Positions 1 through 13,513 of a stretch of 64,000 nt of DNA are shown here, piece after piece. The position numbers were made by a program, and so were the translations under genes. The number at the start of each line of letters is the position of its first letter. Within the stretch, counting starts at the first letter, position 1. The notes under the pieces were generated by a model that was given only the letters and a program-made list of their open reading frames with translations, made no database searches and was not told where the DNA came from. The stretch comes from Glycera tridactyla (Eukaryota). Location: the NCBI GenBank assembly GCA_965644265.1, contig OZ286474.1, positions 64,294,001 to 64,358,000 of the forward strand, read 5' to 3'.

Positions 1-2290
1 AAAGATATCTTTTGAGGCAAAAAAGTTAGCACGATGTAAAGACGTTTTTGAGCAGTTTTTCATCGTTATTTTTTACCAAACAGTGTTAGTGAACGGTTCC
101 CAGAGTCGGCGAGTTCGCAGTTGAGTCGGTGAAATGCTAACTGAAAGGGACACATTTTACTGGAAACTCACCGGAAATAGATCAATTTTAGCTGGAAGTA
201 GTGCAGATTCAAGGTATCCGACTTGGAGAGGTTGGCAGCTTCTCTCCCGCTTTCAGTTCCCGCTCTTTTTGAAGCTCCAGGAAAGTTACATAAAAGTCTT
301 GAGACCCTAGATTCTGGCACTTGAAAATTTGGTCCTGAAGAGTGGGCATCGGAGCTGAAGGAGTCGGGGAGACTGCCATCTCTGTCCTCTCCAAGATCGC
401 TGCCTTGAACCTGAGAATGGACTCCTGTTGAGAAAACAGCCTTAAGAGACTTTTTTAGGAGTCATTGTGCATACTTGCTCCACTGGCCATTTTAATATCA
501 TGCCATTTCTTGTCATCGGATTTTGCATGTTTTTGGATGATTTTTTGATGCTAGGAATTTTGCTTTTAAAATGTCTTTTAAATCCATCTTTGGCTGATAC
601 TTTACATTATTCATGGCAGTCTGAGTTCTGTGAATTCCCTGTGCTGTTCCGGTGAATGTGGAACAATGTGGAACCAGTGGAACTGCGTGGAACTAGGCTA
701 TCTTTCTCCAGTATTGTTTAACGTTCAAATGCTAGATTGATTACACCTCAGTATTGAGACCAACCTGTCACTTGTGACCACCTGGAGATTTTTGGTCTAT
801 ATGATATAAATACGTTGAGCTGTGTCTTTGAAGGAAAACACTTTTGGAATGATTTTGGGCCATCAAAACGCTGTATCTGTAACCGTTTTGCTTCCGGAGA
901 GAAAAGCCTGCGAATCACTCTCATTTGAGCCCTGAAATACTTTCTGATAGTTTCTGAACTGAACAGCTGATTTCTGACTGATCGGTCAGATGTAAACAAT
1001 CCACCATTTTGGATTTCCGTCTGCTGTTTTGATGAGCCACACTTTGAGCTTCGGATACACTTTACACATTTTAGCAAGTTCGAAACTTTTTCACTTTGGA
1101 TAAAATCTTGTGGCTACTTTTGAATTGATAGGAACTGTTTCTCTGTATTTGCGAATTGCTATTTTAGAAATTCAGTGAACTGGCTTGATTACTATTTGTG
1201 ATTTGACAGTGAGAACTAAGCGTGTTGACTGGACTTAGCGCGGTGCTTACCTGACTTACACATGGTCTTACTCTGTAAGCACACTTGGTTTGTGACACAT
1301 GGGACTGCATATAAATGCATTTCGCTCCTATGTTTTTCAAATTTTACAATTTATTTTGACTTTAGACCTCTCCAAATGGCTTGAAATCAGTTGAAATTGG
1401 GATTTGGTGAATTTTGAAATTCGAACTTAACGCGGACTTGGTTGATTGCTAGTACAGCTGTGGATGGGAGGCGGAACTTGTGTTGTTTTCAGATCTTGTC
1501 ACCTGCTTTGATGAGTGGTATCTCACTCTGATACTGTCTATAGAGACCACCTGTTCTAAATAGAATATTTTCTCAATGATAATTTTAATTCAATTTGATT
1601 TCTTAAATCAAATTTGATTTTTGAATTTATTCAAATTTTTGAATTAAATTTGATGAGATCTTAACTATTTTTGCTTTTGAAAAGCGTGCTTGCTCTTTTC
1701 ATGCAGACAGTTGAACTTCAACTTTTTGCTGTATTGCTGCTGCATCATAACCCCAGCTGGCGGACATGGTGTTATTATCACCTTTCTGGTTCATACCCCA
1801 TGAACTTGACTTCGAGTTTGAGTTTGAAAAATCCTTATTCAGCTCCAGTCAGGTATGTCATGAGGACAATAATGTACATATAGGAGCACAAATAATAAAA
1901 ATACAGGTAACATATATACAATAGATGGCAGTAGAAATGTCTGACACCTTATACGTTAAACCATTTGTCAGCCTCGGTATTCCATCAGTAAATGCGAAAA
2001 AGTTCAGTTACATGAAGTTCACTCAATATTACTTGACGACCGTGAAGAAACGAAAAAAAAAATTATAAGTGTTATATAGGTTTTAAGAGCCAGCTACAAT
2101 TTACACACACAAATATCAGTTTCGACGGCGGGTCCAACCAGTTAATCAGCCCTTATCAAAATTTATTAGCTTGGCTCAGAGAGTGAACAATGATTCCGTA
2201 GCTGTGGTCGTACTGGGGGGCCAAGCTAGGTAGCCAGCCCACGTCAATTTATCAGACAAGTGTCGGTCGTACCATACCCTGATTCCACAG

Positions 2291-2988
2291 CAAGGCAAGA
2301 TTGAAACTAACATCGACAATATTATACCGTTAACACAGGAAAAGCAGGATGCATATGAAAAGCATAGACTAAACAGAGAGAACCAAATATAAAAACAAAA
2401 AATACAATATGCTTCAGCGTTAAGTCGTATAAATATGAGCAAATTATTTTCCCCCTAGCGGGCCAAGCTAGATAGCCAGCCCGGGTCAAATTATCAAGCA
2501 AACATCATTCACAACATAGACTGATTCCACACAAGGCAAAAATATAGCTGATATCCCTAAGCTATTAACAAGTGGAAATTGAATAACGAAATTGAATCCT
2601 GTGATCACCTAGTGGGACACGCTTGGTAGCCAGTCCAAGCAAGGCAAGATTAAAACTAACATCGACAATATTATGCTGTTAACACAGGAAAAAGAAGAAT
2701 TCATATGAAAAGCATAGACCAAAACAGAGAAAACCAAATGTCTAAACAATAAATACAATATACTTGAGCGTTAAGTCATTCAAAATTAAGCAAAGTATTT
2801 CCCCCTAGCGAGCCAAGCTAGATAGCCAGCCTGGGTCAAATTATCAAGCAAACATCATTCACAACATAGATTGATTGCACACTCATGGCATAAACATAGC
2901 TGATATCCCTAAGCTATTAACAAATGAGAAATGAGTAACGAGACTGAATTCTGTGATCACCTAGTGGGACACGCTTGGTAGCCAGTCC
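2291..2988. repeat. Tandem duplication, two diverged ~349-bp units (2291-2639, 2640-2988)
   Basis: caaggcaagatt(g/a)aaactaacatcgac starts both units; the motif (g/a)tagccagccc recurs at about 2230, 2470, 2820, 3985 and 4155. Confidence 0.85.
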
Positions 2989-3032
2989 CAGAACGAACAA
3001 GAGCGCCCAGGGGCGCCGAGAGATCTCCGAAA

Positions 3033-3290
3033 TAGAGAGAGAGGGAGAGAGAGAAAGAGAGAGAGAGAGAGGGGGAGGAAAAAACAGACACAGACAGAGA
3101 AAAAGATGGTATTGACGAGCCCTCCTTCAGGAATATGGGGAAGCGAGTCATGAGCGAGCCACCCGTGGATTTGTCTTGTACAATTATGGCCACATCATTC
3201 ATGTTTATTAGGTTCAGGGCCGGGACTACTTCCACCAAATCTGTCTGTCTGTCTGTCTGTCTGTCGGTCTGTCTGTCTGTTTGTCTCTCT
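3033..3290. repeat. (GA)n and (TCTG)n microsatellites
   Basis: Read directly from the sequence. Confidence 0.95.
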
Positions 3291-4559
3291 CTTGAATCCT
3301 CAACATCCATTTGTCTTATCTCCATGTATAAATCTCCAAAAATCTGTGTTTTGGTTGATATGATGGTTCCTTGGGGAGTAAAGTAGTGCTTCTCCTTCGC
3401 ACCTCATTGCCAGGTTTCATGGATCAATGCACTGATTCATGAATGAAGTTGTGGATAGCGTGTGTAAAACCAGCCAATCAGAAATCAGGACTCGCACTTT
3501 TTAACATGTCAACATCGAAGTGGGCGTGCTCAAAGAGCTTGATTGACAGGCATTTACTACTTGTGCGTAGCTATACATCTCTGAGTGATCGTACCTGTGT
3601 ACTTCGGTGATCGGCCACAAAAACGAATGTTGAGAGAATTTCGTATTACGTAATCGGTACATTTCCTCGAATTGTCGTTCCTCAGATCAATGAATCATCT
3701 TAAAATTGTGTTAGATTAGATCATTCGATCCTTTTACACAGATCCAACCAAGATTCGTTTAATTATATCAGCCTAGAGAGACAGGATCGGCGAAGTTAGA
3801 AAGCATTTCGAGCAGAGAGGTGGCAGCATAGTGATCTCCAACGGAGATCACAAAAAGCCAAAATCAATTGTAACATGGTGTAGACAAAAACCTGGGCGTC
3901 TAATTATAGTATAGTATACTTCGGCACGCAGTCTTATAACAGTGGACAGATGAATGATTATTGATGACATGCGAGGGCCACGATAGATAGCCAGCCCAGG
4001 CCTAATGGTCTTGCAGATTCAGCAGATCCCTATTTCAGGTCCTATAAATCAAATAGATAGGAGACGAAATAGTAATGCAATTAACGACCATTCTATAATA
4101 TGAGCCCGCTCGATTCTGAGTTACCTCATTTACCCGAATTTCAGGCCTAGCAAGATAGCCAGCCCGAGACATTATGATTGAGGTAGATGATCCTGGAGGC
4201 AACATAGTGGTTGCAAAAAATGGACTAAACTTGAGCATGTTCCTGTAGTTATCATGCTTTGCGTAGAGTATGAGCAAACCCAAGCTCTTGAATGAATGGA
4301 TAATAAATTTCCTCGAATGTGTGACATGAGGGAACAATAGCTATCGAAGAAATGTGGAAAACAAATTCAGCCATATAAACTTTTCAGGCCCAGAAAGTTC
4401 CAGATCCCTAGAATTTCAGCTGCGGGGTATACTTTTGGTTAGAGCCGGGGTCTAATTTTGGCACAAGTGTTCTTTCACTCTCTTTTTAAAGATCACAAGA
4501 CTCGTGACAGAGCGAATTTCTAGGGGTAGAGCATTCCAGAGATGTCTGCATCAGTAGGA

Positions 4560-6960
4560 CAAGTTTGACTCTGCAATTTTTTTTAGCAATGTCCGCGGCA
4601 TATTCAACCGTTTACCATCCTGGTAACGTGTCGCATAACTGTGCGTATCCCGTAACTAGAATTTATTTTCAAATACCTGGGTGAGCCTGGTTGAGCACCT
4701 ATGAGAGGATATTTTGTACATTTCCCAGAGGCCATGATATCTCTGCCTTAACTCGAGAGGTAGCTGCTTTGACTCCTCCAGGAGAACTGAACTAGATATT
4801 CCTAAGTTTCTACCCAGAGCAGCCCTGAGGGAGTTGTTAAAGGCAACATCCAATTTCGTAATCAATTTTTTGTTTAGTCCAAGAAGCAACATGTCTCCAT
4901 AATCAAATAATGGCAGTATCAAACTATTACATAAATGTAACGATAATTTGCACTCAATAAAACTCTTCGTTCACCTCAGGATAATGGCACGACTGTTTAT
5001 CTTTGATACTAGTTTCTCGATATACTTATCAAAGGAGAGCTCCGAGTCAAGAGTAACACCTAGGTATTTGTAGTGCGAGACTCTTTCAAAGCCAAGAGTT
5101 GAGTGGTTTGCAGAGAAATGTGATAGCTTCTGCCTAGTCTCAAAAATCATGAATTTTGATTTGCCTTTATTCAAGGTGAGCTTGTTTGATGCAAACCACT
5201 CTTCCAGCCTCCCCATCTCTGAATTAATTTTGTCCAATATTACACATTCACTGAGATCTCTGACCATAATGGCTGTATCATCGGCATACATGAAAATTTG
5301 TGCATGTCTTACTACGGAGGCGAGGTCATTTATAAATACAGTCGAACCTCCCTATAACGACCATCCTCGGTCGCACGCCAGAGTGGTCGTTATTGGGAGG
5401 TGGCTGCTATAGAGAGGTTCTGATGAAAAATTGGATCATCAGACGCAAAGAGTGAGACCGTGGCCGCCATTCCTGTAAACATCACAACTGATCAAAATAC
5501 CCGGATGTGCAAACGAAACTCTTATTGTTTGCATTTTTTCGAATATGAAGATCATTTCAGGGGTTGTAGAAGGTGATCTTTCGAACTGTAATGATGATTT
5601 GAAGAACTTCCATTTAGAAACGTTGACGATTTGCGAGCAGTCAAGTACAGATGATCCTGGCCAGCCATGACGGTCATTAGAAGCGAGCAGGCAAGCTGAG
5701 CACATTTCACGGTGTCAGGTACGGACGATTCTGGCCGGCCAATTGGCGGTCATTAGTGGGGGTGGCTGCTATTTTGTGAGCATCAAGTAGGCAAGCTGAG
5801 CTCATTTTACGGTCTCAGGTACGGGCAATATTGGTGGTAGTTAGCGGGGGTGGCGGCTAGGATGTGAGCAGCGAGCAAGTGAGTTGATCTGAGTATGTAT
5901 CCCGGGCACAGGTACAGATGATCCCGGCTACGAGAGGTCGTTACAGGAAGATTCCCGGGCCAAACATGGTGGTTGCTGGTCGGAGTCGGCAGGTGGTCAC
6001 TATACAGAGGTCAAATATAGTGAAAAATACGTCGGTCTCGGTCAGGGGTGGTCGTTGAAGCGAGGTGATCGCTATACAGAGGTGGTTGTTAGACTGTATA
6101 ATGAAAAGTAGTGGCCCAAGGATAGATCCTTGGGGCACTCCAAAACTAATGTGACACCAATCAGATATATGTCCCCCGAATTTGTTACTTGGTATCGACT
6201 ATCTGGATAAGAGCCAAACCAGTCCAGGGTAATGCGCCTGAAACCGGGCACTTCAAGTTTTAACAGGAGAAGTTTATGATGTACGGTATCGAATGCCTTA
6301 GCCAGGTCCAGGAAGATCACCCCACATGTCTCACCATTGTCCATACCATCATATATGGTGTTACAAAACTCTATCAAACATGAGGCAATGGAATGATCCT
6401 TCCTGAAACCTGACTGGGCCGTAGATAAAATACCATTTCTGGTCAAGTAAGCATGACACTGGATATGGACAACCCTCTCTGAAATTTTGCTCATCGAGGG
6501 CAACACGGATATTGGACGATAGTTTGTGGATAGCTCTCTGGATCCACCCTTATGGAGACTTGACAACATTGCTTCTTTCCAGTGTTTCGGGAAAACTCCA
6601 GTACGAATACTCAAATCTATAACATCTAAAATTATATCATGGAGAGTTTTACCACCTGATTTGATTATCCGGCTGTTGAGGCCGTCACTTGTACTTGCAG
6701 CTTAATTGCTCAGCTTTTTAAACGCTTCATTCAGGTCAGACATGTTAATTTCTCCAAGTACAAATACTCAGCTCTCTCTGACTCAGCTGATGATTTTTCA
6801 ATGCCTTCATCATAAACTCATTACCTTAGTTGGCTTGGTGCCTTCTCAGTTGAGAATGACTTAGTGCATTGAGATTTCTTTTCAATGGTGATACTTGCTG
6901 ATTGTCTTTGACAATCCTTTCAACTGATTGTTAAAATATTTTGAGTAACTTGAATAGCTA
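4560..6960 (-). mobile_element. Decayed, 5'-truncated CR1/L2-group LINE (RT and C-terminal region), interrupted by a MITE
   Basis: Fragments NYRPISVLPSMSKISERVVH, QSGFR, FLDLAKAFDTV, PQGSILGPLLF, MYADDTA, YKYLGVTLDSELSF, ILPLFDYGD; several stops and frameshifts. Ends approximate. Confidence 0.92.
5339..6096. mobile_element. Non-autonomous DNA transposon (MITE), probably Tc1/mariner-pogo type, with TA target-site duplication
   Basis: Termini CAGTC...GACTG flanked by TA at 5337-38 and 6097-98; imperfect subterminal inverted repeats; removing it restores the RT reading LGPLLFIIFINDL...MYADD. Confidence 0.88.
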
Positions 6961-7920
6961 GTAGCTTAAATTCTTGTTCTATTTAGTTAGTGGGGAATGA
7001 AGTGGGATCCTGCCTTCCCACTATAATAGTTCTGGCAATTGCAACCTAACTAAGTGCACGCAACAAACAAATGAGATTTAGACTTGTTTAAAGATATTAA
7101 TTTTGATTTGAATCTATTACTCTTTATATGACACTTGGACACAGTGGTAGGACATGTCTTCTTGCAGCAGTCACCATGTTCAAGATGTCATCCTGAGGAG
7201 TGCGAACTTATCAGGACATGTACCTTTCAACGTCGCCCTTTCCTGGCTTTTGGATGCAGCCTACTTGAGGACTTGAGAAGTCTCTCAGCTTCCTGCTCCC
7301 TGCTGCTGAGATGGACGTTTTACCTGAGCACTTGTTCTACTGGTGATGCGTGGACATTGCTTGTTTTACTCTGGTGAGATGTATTTCTCCGGCATGCAAT
7401 AATCGTGTCCACTAGTGTAGAGGACTGGAATAATCCTCTTCTGCTATCCACAAGCGTCTTTACGCATTCCAGTGATCACACTTTCACCTGAACATGCATT
7501 TCACATCCGTGATTTGTCATCACATGTGTATCTAGGTGGCCACCAATATTATCAACTTTTAAGTTCGTATCTATAGAGTTGGATCTATATTCCAGACTTT
7601 CAAGTTAATATTTCATTGAGAGCTCTTTGACTTTCTAGAGAGAGTGTCTTTGACCATGTTCTGATACCAGCTGTCAACAGTGGCCACTCCTCAAACGCTC
7701 AAGTCGTCATGGAACTCATCTTCGAGAAAAGCATATGCTCAGGGTTGGTTTTCATTAATTGAAATATGGGGTATGAAATATTTGATATGTCTGTGGCTGC
7801 ATAATGAGGTATATCACTTATTTTGATTCATGCCCTGTGGTTATATGTTATCTTGATCCTGGTCTGAATGGTATGAAATGAATGTATTCACAGTCGAATT
7901 CGGGTACTATTGATTTGTGT

Positions 7921-7922
<2 letters not shown>

Positions 7923-7966
<44 letters not shown>
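7923..7966. repeat. (TA)n microsatellite at the 5' side of the Penelope-like element
   Basis: Read directly from the sequence. Confidence 0.95.
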
Positions 7967-7970
<4 letters not shown>

Positions 7971-8005
7971 TAAATAAAAAAATGAATAAATAAATGAATA
8001 AATAA

Positions 8006-10065
8006 TTGAATAATTCCCCCTCCCTCTCCCCTCGGCAAACAGAGCAATTAGAGTCCAAAAAGATACTCGCTCTCATGCCCTCCCAACCCACTTTGTCCAA
8101 ACCAGGAAGTTGGTGCTACCGTCATATCCAACCCAGGGATGCCAACCCAGGAGCCCCTGACGCAGCCAATAAGACCAATCCAGCCATAGACAACACCGAC
8201 CCCACCCAGGCACCCAACACCAAAGGCGCTAAGAAATCGCCTCGCCGGGGCCTGCTCACACCCATCATCTTACATAGCCCCAAATCATTCTCCCACAACT
8301 CCACCCAAGGCATACAACTGTCCAATCACCCTACCAACCCACTCCACAATCAGGCAGGTGAGATGGAAATCACCCATCTGATGTCAGTCCCCACAATCAT
8401 CTGCGTTGACAGTTCCAACACACACCTCAACACATCAGATGACCTAACAACCACCCAACCACCTGCCAACCCAGACCAGGCCCTGAGCTCAACCAACACA
8501 CTCACACCCACCCAGAGCTCCCCCTCCACCGCCCAGGGTCGTAATACTATCAAAGGCAGCAAACCAGCCAAAGACACAGCCTCCATTAGGAGGTTTATGC
8601 ACCCACTCAAATCACGACCACCCACACCCGGTCAACCACGCATTTCCCCGCATACCATATTTGGACAACCACATACCCAATCCGAGTCCAACCTTTTGCA
8701 ACAAACCACAAAGAAACATACCCACATTGTCGACCAAGCCTCTGACACCGCCATCAATGGCTCCCAATCTGAACCCACCCTCCCCGATTCCCAGGACGCC
8801 CACAACCTGGCACTCCTCCATGAAATACTGGGAGACCCCTCCCACAACAACAACACCCCCCCTAGCTCAGAAACCAATCCAACTCCTAATATTCAAGAGT
8901 CTACAGACCCTTATTCATCACCCCTCGGCAAACGCCAGAAACGCGTACGAGACCCCAAACGCAAAAGATCCGATGAACATGACCCTGAAACCACTCCACC
9001 CGACAAGGCCCCACCCGCATCCACTATGCATACCCTGCCACTACCCCCACAAACACACACGATCTGTGGCCACCCCCAACACACACCCCAGAGCAAGACA
9101 GTGAATAATCCATGCTCAACCGCTTTTCAGACCGTGATTGATGAACGTAACGTCGTCATCCCACCATTCCACCAAGATGGCTGCGACTCCATTAACTTCC
9201 CCAGAGGAAGCGAAGAGACATGGAGGATCCTCCGACACCTCATACTAAGCGAAGCCAGAGGCCGCACGAGATCGCTCTGTATGAAAACGCTAGCCGACTT
9301 TGGTCGGCTGGCGCCAGAAGAGCTCTGGACATCATACCACGCTCCCCATATGCCCGCGAAAGGTATGCCGCCCTCTTGCGTCACCAAGCCCGCACCAGAC
9401 TCTTCCTTATAAGCGAGCTCATAGACAGGGAAATGGATGAGCTTGCCGTGAGGGCGGACGCACATTTCCTCACCCTGGAAACCCTCTTTGGTGATGACAA
9501 CGACAGCTTTGAAGCATGCCAGTCACTACTCGCCGAAGAAACAATGGGCGAAAACAACGCAACCTGGGCCAGTTGCAACAGGGTCTACCAGAGGTCACGC
9601 CAGAATTCGATAAGCAACGAGGTGCTCCTCAAGCACTTCATGTCAGAGAATATCCCTGAGTCGGAAGTCCAACCAGTCTCCAAGGGACCCATGATCCCGA
9701 AAACAGCCACAGATTGGCGCCAACAGAGATGCCAACAGGGCCAGAAGAAACTAAGCACGATCCCATCCCTTCTGGATCTCGCAACCAACCCAACCCCAAG
9801 CACAAGCCGCCAAGCCATCAATGTGCAGACCAATAACCAAGCACCACCCAGGCGCGAACACTCCCAAGTTCTCTATAACCGCAGACCCAAGCAGGATTTT
9901 CGCAAGTATACCCAGGGCGAGGTCCCGGCACCACAACATCCCTATGCAAGGTCAAGAGCAAACACGGTGAAGGGCTCCTACTCTGGCCAGAACCCCCACA
10001 CCTATGCTTCAGCTACAACAACATCAGCATCGGAGTACAACCGAACCCAAACTCAGAGAAAATAA
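8006..10065 (+). pseudogene. Long N-terminal/ORF1-like region of the Penelope-like element (Pro/Thr/Ser-rich part plus helical part; two overlapping ORFs)
   Basis: ORFs 8006-9412 (468 aa) and 9220-10065 (281 aa), same strand, directly upstream of the RT; basic KRQKRVRDPKRKR stretch. Confidence 0.55.
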
Positions 10066-12071
10066 CGAACTTTCAGAACTTGAACGTCTCACTCAAACCG
10101 AAAATTGTTGGCGGGACTTAAGCAACCTTCCGTTTGCTCAAATCACATGCAATAAATTATTATCAACCTTCACGAGTCTTTTTCCTGAAGAATGTACCAA
10201 TAACCGCACTGTTGTCAACCTCTCAACAGTCACCTTGTCAGATACCCACTTGTCAGTCCTGGAAAAGAGACTCTCATTCTGCCCCACGCCAGGAGAGCCT
10301 GATATGGGAGAGGTCAGGAATGACCTTGACCGCTTCCACCGACTCATTAAACTGAGAGCTTTTTTTGACAAAAAAACTCCTATACCAGGAGAGTTGTCAA
10401 AAATCACCCACAGTGTTTCCGCCTCGAATTTGAGTTTGCAACCAACCCCCAAGAAAAGAGGGAGATCCAAAAAGTCACAAACGACTTTGGGCACCTCATC
10501 ACACCCAACCACAACCACCACGCCCACAAACGCCGGCCCACAACCAACCTCACTCACACACCGCAGACATTTCCCACAGACACACCACCACCACACCACC
10601 ACCACAGCACCAACACCGCTCACCTCATTCCACACACAGACACCGGCCAACACACTCCTACACAGGCCCACAAACCCTTCGAGCACCTCAAATTCAAACC
10701 CAAAAGCATCTGGGAACCAAAAGCCAACCCACCAGAGGCTATCCAAGCTATGATCATGGTGAACGAACTGGAACTAGCCAGAGTCCAAACAAAGAATCTG
10801 TATCCTCAGAACCTCACTAAAGAAGAGAGGAAAGCATTGGCGGAACTGGCTAATAATCCCCAAATCATCATCAAATCAGCAGACGAAGGTTCCGCAGTGG
10901 TCATCCAGAACAAGAAGGACTACATTGAAGAAGCCAAACGCCAATTATCAGATGCCAAATTTTACCAGAAACTCAAAGAGAATCCCACTGACACACACCA
11001 CGAAATAGTCCAAGACCAACTAGATACCATGCTCTTGAACCATGAAATTGATGGCAGCACCCACAAATATCTGACAAATGAGTCACCAAGAACACCCCAA
11101 CTATACCTCCTTCCAAAGATCCACAAGAAAAAGGAGAAACCACTGGAAGACCTATCATCTCGGCCAACTCCTGTCCCACTGAAAAAATTTCAGAACTCGT
11201 GGACCATTTTTTACAACCTCTCCTACCAAAAATACCGTCCCACACGAAGGACACCAGTCACTTCCTCAGAAAACTTCTGGAGTTGAAGAACCCACAACCT
11301 GAAAACTGCATACTAGCGACCATGGACGTCACCAGTCTGTACACCAATATTCCCAATGAGGAAGGTATAGAAGCAGTGTCTAACTTCCTTAGTGCCCACA
11401 GACCAGCCACATACCGACCATATAACCAGTCCCTCACAGACCTACTCAGATCAGTCCTCACACTCAACAACTTCCAATTTGGGGACGACCACTACCTCCA
11501 AGTAGGAGGCACCGCCATGGGCACCAGAGTGGCACCAAGCCTAGCAAACATCTTCATGAGGGAGTTTGAAAGGAAGTACGTCCACTCTTACCACCTTCAG
11601 CCACTCATATATCTGAGATACATTGACGATATCTTTATACTGTGGCAACACGGACCTGAAGAACTACTCAAGTTCACTCAACACCTTAACACACAACACG
11701 CCTCAATCAAGTTCACCACAGAGTCATCCACCAAGGAAATCAGCTTCCTAGACACCCTGGTCAAACTTGATACCCACAACAACATTTCCACAGACCTTCA
11801 TATGAAACCCACTGACAGCCACAATTACCTACACTACATGTCAGCCCACCCTTACCATAAGAAGAGAAGCCTTCCCTACAGCCAGGTACTCAGAATCAAG
11901 AGAATATGCACCAGGGAAATCGACTTCCTGAAAAACAGCAGCAAAGTGTTGTTCCACTTCAGACGACGAGGCTACCCGGATAAAATCCTGGACGAAAGCC
12001 TCCATAAAATGTCTACCCCTACTGAGAGACCAGCTCCTCATCGAAAAGAAACCACATCACCAAGAAGATGA
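10004..12071 (+). pseudogene. Penelope-type reverse transcriptase in three frameshifted pieces
   Basis: ORFs 10004-10753, 10750-11286 and 11199-12071 carry consecutive PLE RT motifs including YIDD. Confidence 0.92.
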
Positions 12072-12177
12072 TCCACCACCCATCATAACAACCACATTCA
12101 TCCCAAAATTCAACGCCCTCCAGGAGATCACCAAAAGAAACTGGGACCTTCTCAGACGCTCCAGCACCACCAAACAC

Positions 12178-12807
12178 TTGGCGCTTAGGGATCCCATCAT
12201 AGGCTACAAACGCCCCAAAAATCTGAAAGACATCCTGGTGCGAGCGAAATTTGACCGACCCCAGAACAAGGGAACCACCTCATCCACCCCACTATACCAA
12301 CATGCCAACATATGCCAACGGAGCCCGTGCCGCTACTGCAAAATACTGGACACCACAGGCAGAATCACGAGCAAATACACTGGAAGAACCTACTCCAGCA
12401 AAAGCAACGTCACATGCAAATCCAGCAACTTGATATACTGTATTGAATGCACCAAATGCGGGATGCAGTATGTCAGACAGACCAAAAACAAATTGATGAC
12501 CAGATTCCAAGCACATTGGAGAACCATCACCAACAACGAACACCTGTATGATGTTGCAAGACACTTCAACCAGATTGACCACCAGGGAGTGGACAATATG
12601 AAGATCTATATCTTAGACTTCATCTATGCACACCCAGAGAGCAAATTCAGTAAGGAACTACGAGACATCATTGAATTCCACTGGATGCACAGACTCCGAA
12701 CCACACTACCCATGGGCATCAACACCATGGACAAATTACCCATCACCTCTGTCAAGGCACAAAAGTGGAAAAGACAGAAACCTTTACCGAACCACCAAAC
12801 GAGTTAA
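12178..12807 (+). pseudogene. GIY-YIG endonuclease with Cys-rich linker
   Basis: CQRSPCRYC linker; TCKSSNLIYCIECTKCGMQYVRQT (YVG changed to YVR); RFQAH; VARHF; E-x-HW-x3-L-x-T...GIN. Confidence 0.9.
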
Positions 12808-13292
12808 TATCCAACCCCGCCCCTTGCACTGCAGGACCACCTCCAGCAGCCACCAAGGAGCCCAACCCGAGGACCCGGGATCAGCTAAAACAGTGCTTTT
12901 AAGCAGCAAGGTGACCTGCACCTTGCCCCTGGGTCAATGGTGTGAACCTCCGGTCCAATAGCCACGTCTATTCATTTCTTTATCCAATAAAGACCGGAGG
13001 CCCAACATACACCTGAGGGGGCTAATGCCTCCCCCTCGCGCCACAGTGTCATTCCCTCCACTCAACCAACATGAGCCCCTCTCCCCCGTCAGCCAGATTG
13101 CCCTCAGCAATCAGAGGCACCACACCATCACCATATGGGTGGTGAGGTATCAGCACCACAAATAGTGGGCAGGTTGACAACCAACCATTCCCAGGGAGAA
13201 CTTCCTGGGACTTGATACTCCGATTGGGATTGGAGGGCCCCCAAACCTCCAGGGCCCCCCACCCCCGACTGTGCCCACCCCCAGGCTAGTTA

Positions 13293-13350
13293 AAAGTTCC
13301 TGATGAAGGGAAAATAGACCAGAAACCGAGGCCCCCGGCTTAACCAGGCA
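13293..13350 (+). ncRNA. Candidate minimal hammerhead ribozyme in the PLE 3' region (possibly degenerate)
   Basis: CTGATGA at 13300-13306, weak stem II, GAAAC at 13322-13326, near-palindromic CCGAGGCCCCCGG; stem I pairing is not convincing. Confidence 0.45.
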
Positions 13351-13451
13351 CCGACAATCAAATGTCAATCAAATTGTGCCCCCCAATCAAAACGTTATCA
13401 AACATCCCTTCAGTGCCTCCACCGCCTGGGCTAACTTGCCGACTCCGTCCA

Positions 13452-13513
13452 TGACGTCACGGTTGCCCAGCAGTGGACGCCGTTGCCGGGGGCAGTGACA
13501 CTGCACAATATAA
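13452..13513 (+). promoter_or_regulatory. Candidate promoter in PLE pseudo-LTR: CRE palindrome plus TATA-like box
   Basis: TGACGTCA at 13452-59 and TATAA at 13509-13 inside a CpG-rich patch. Confidence 0.35.

Noticed and set aside
209-1077. Minus-strand ORFs of 61 and 109 aa as exons of a host gene
   Set aside because: No recognisable domain and no consistent exon chain; cannot be supported
2957-3386. ORFs with QTDR or SVCL repeats
   Set aside because: Translated microsatellites
8122-11470. Minus-strand Val/Gly/Trp-rich ORFs over the PLE
   Set aside because: Shadow frames of C+A-rich sense coding sequence
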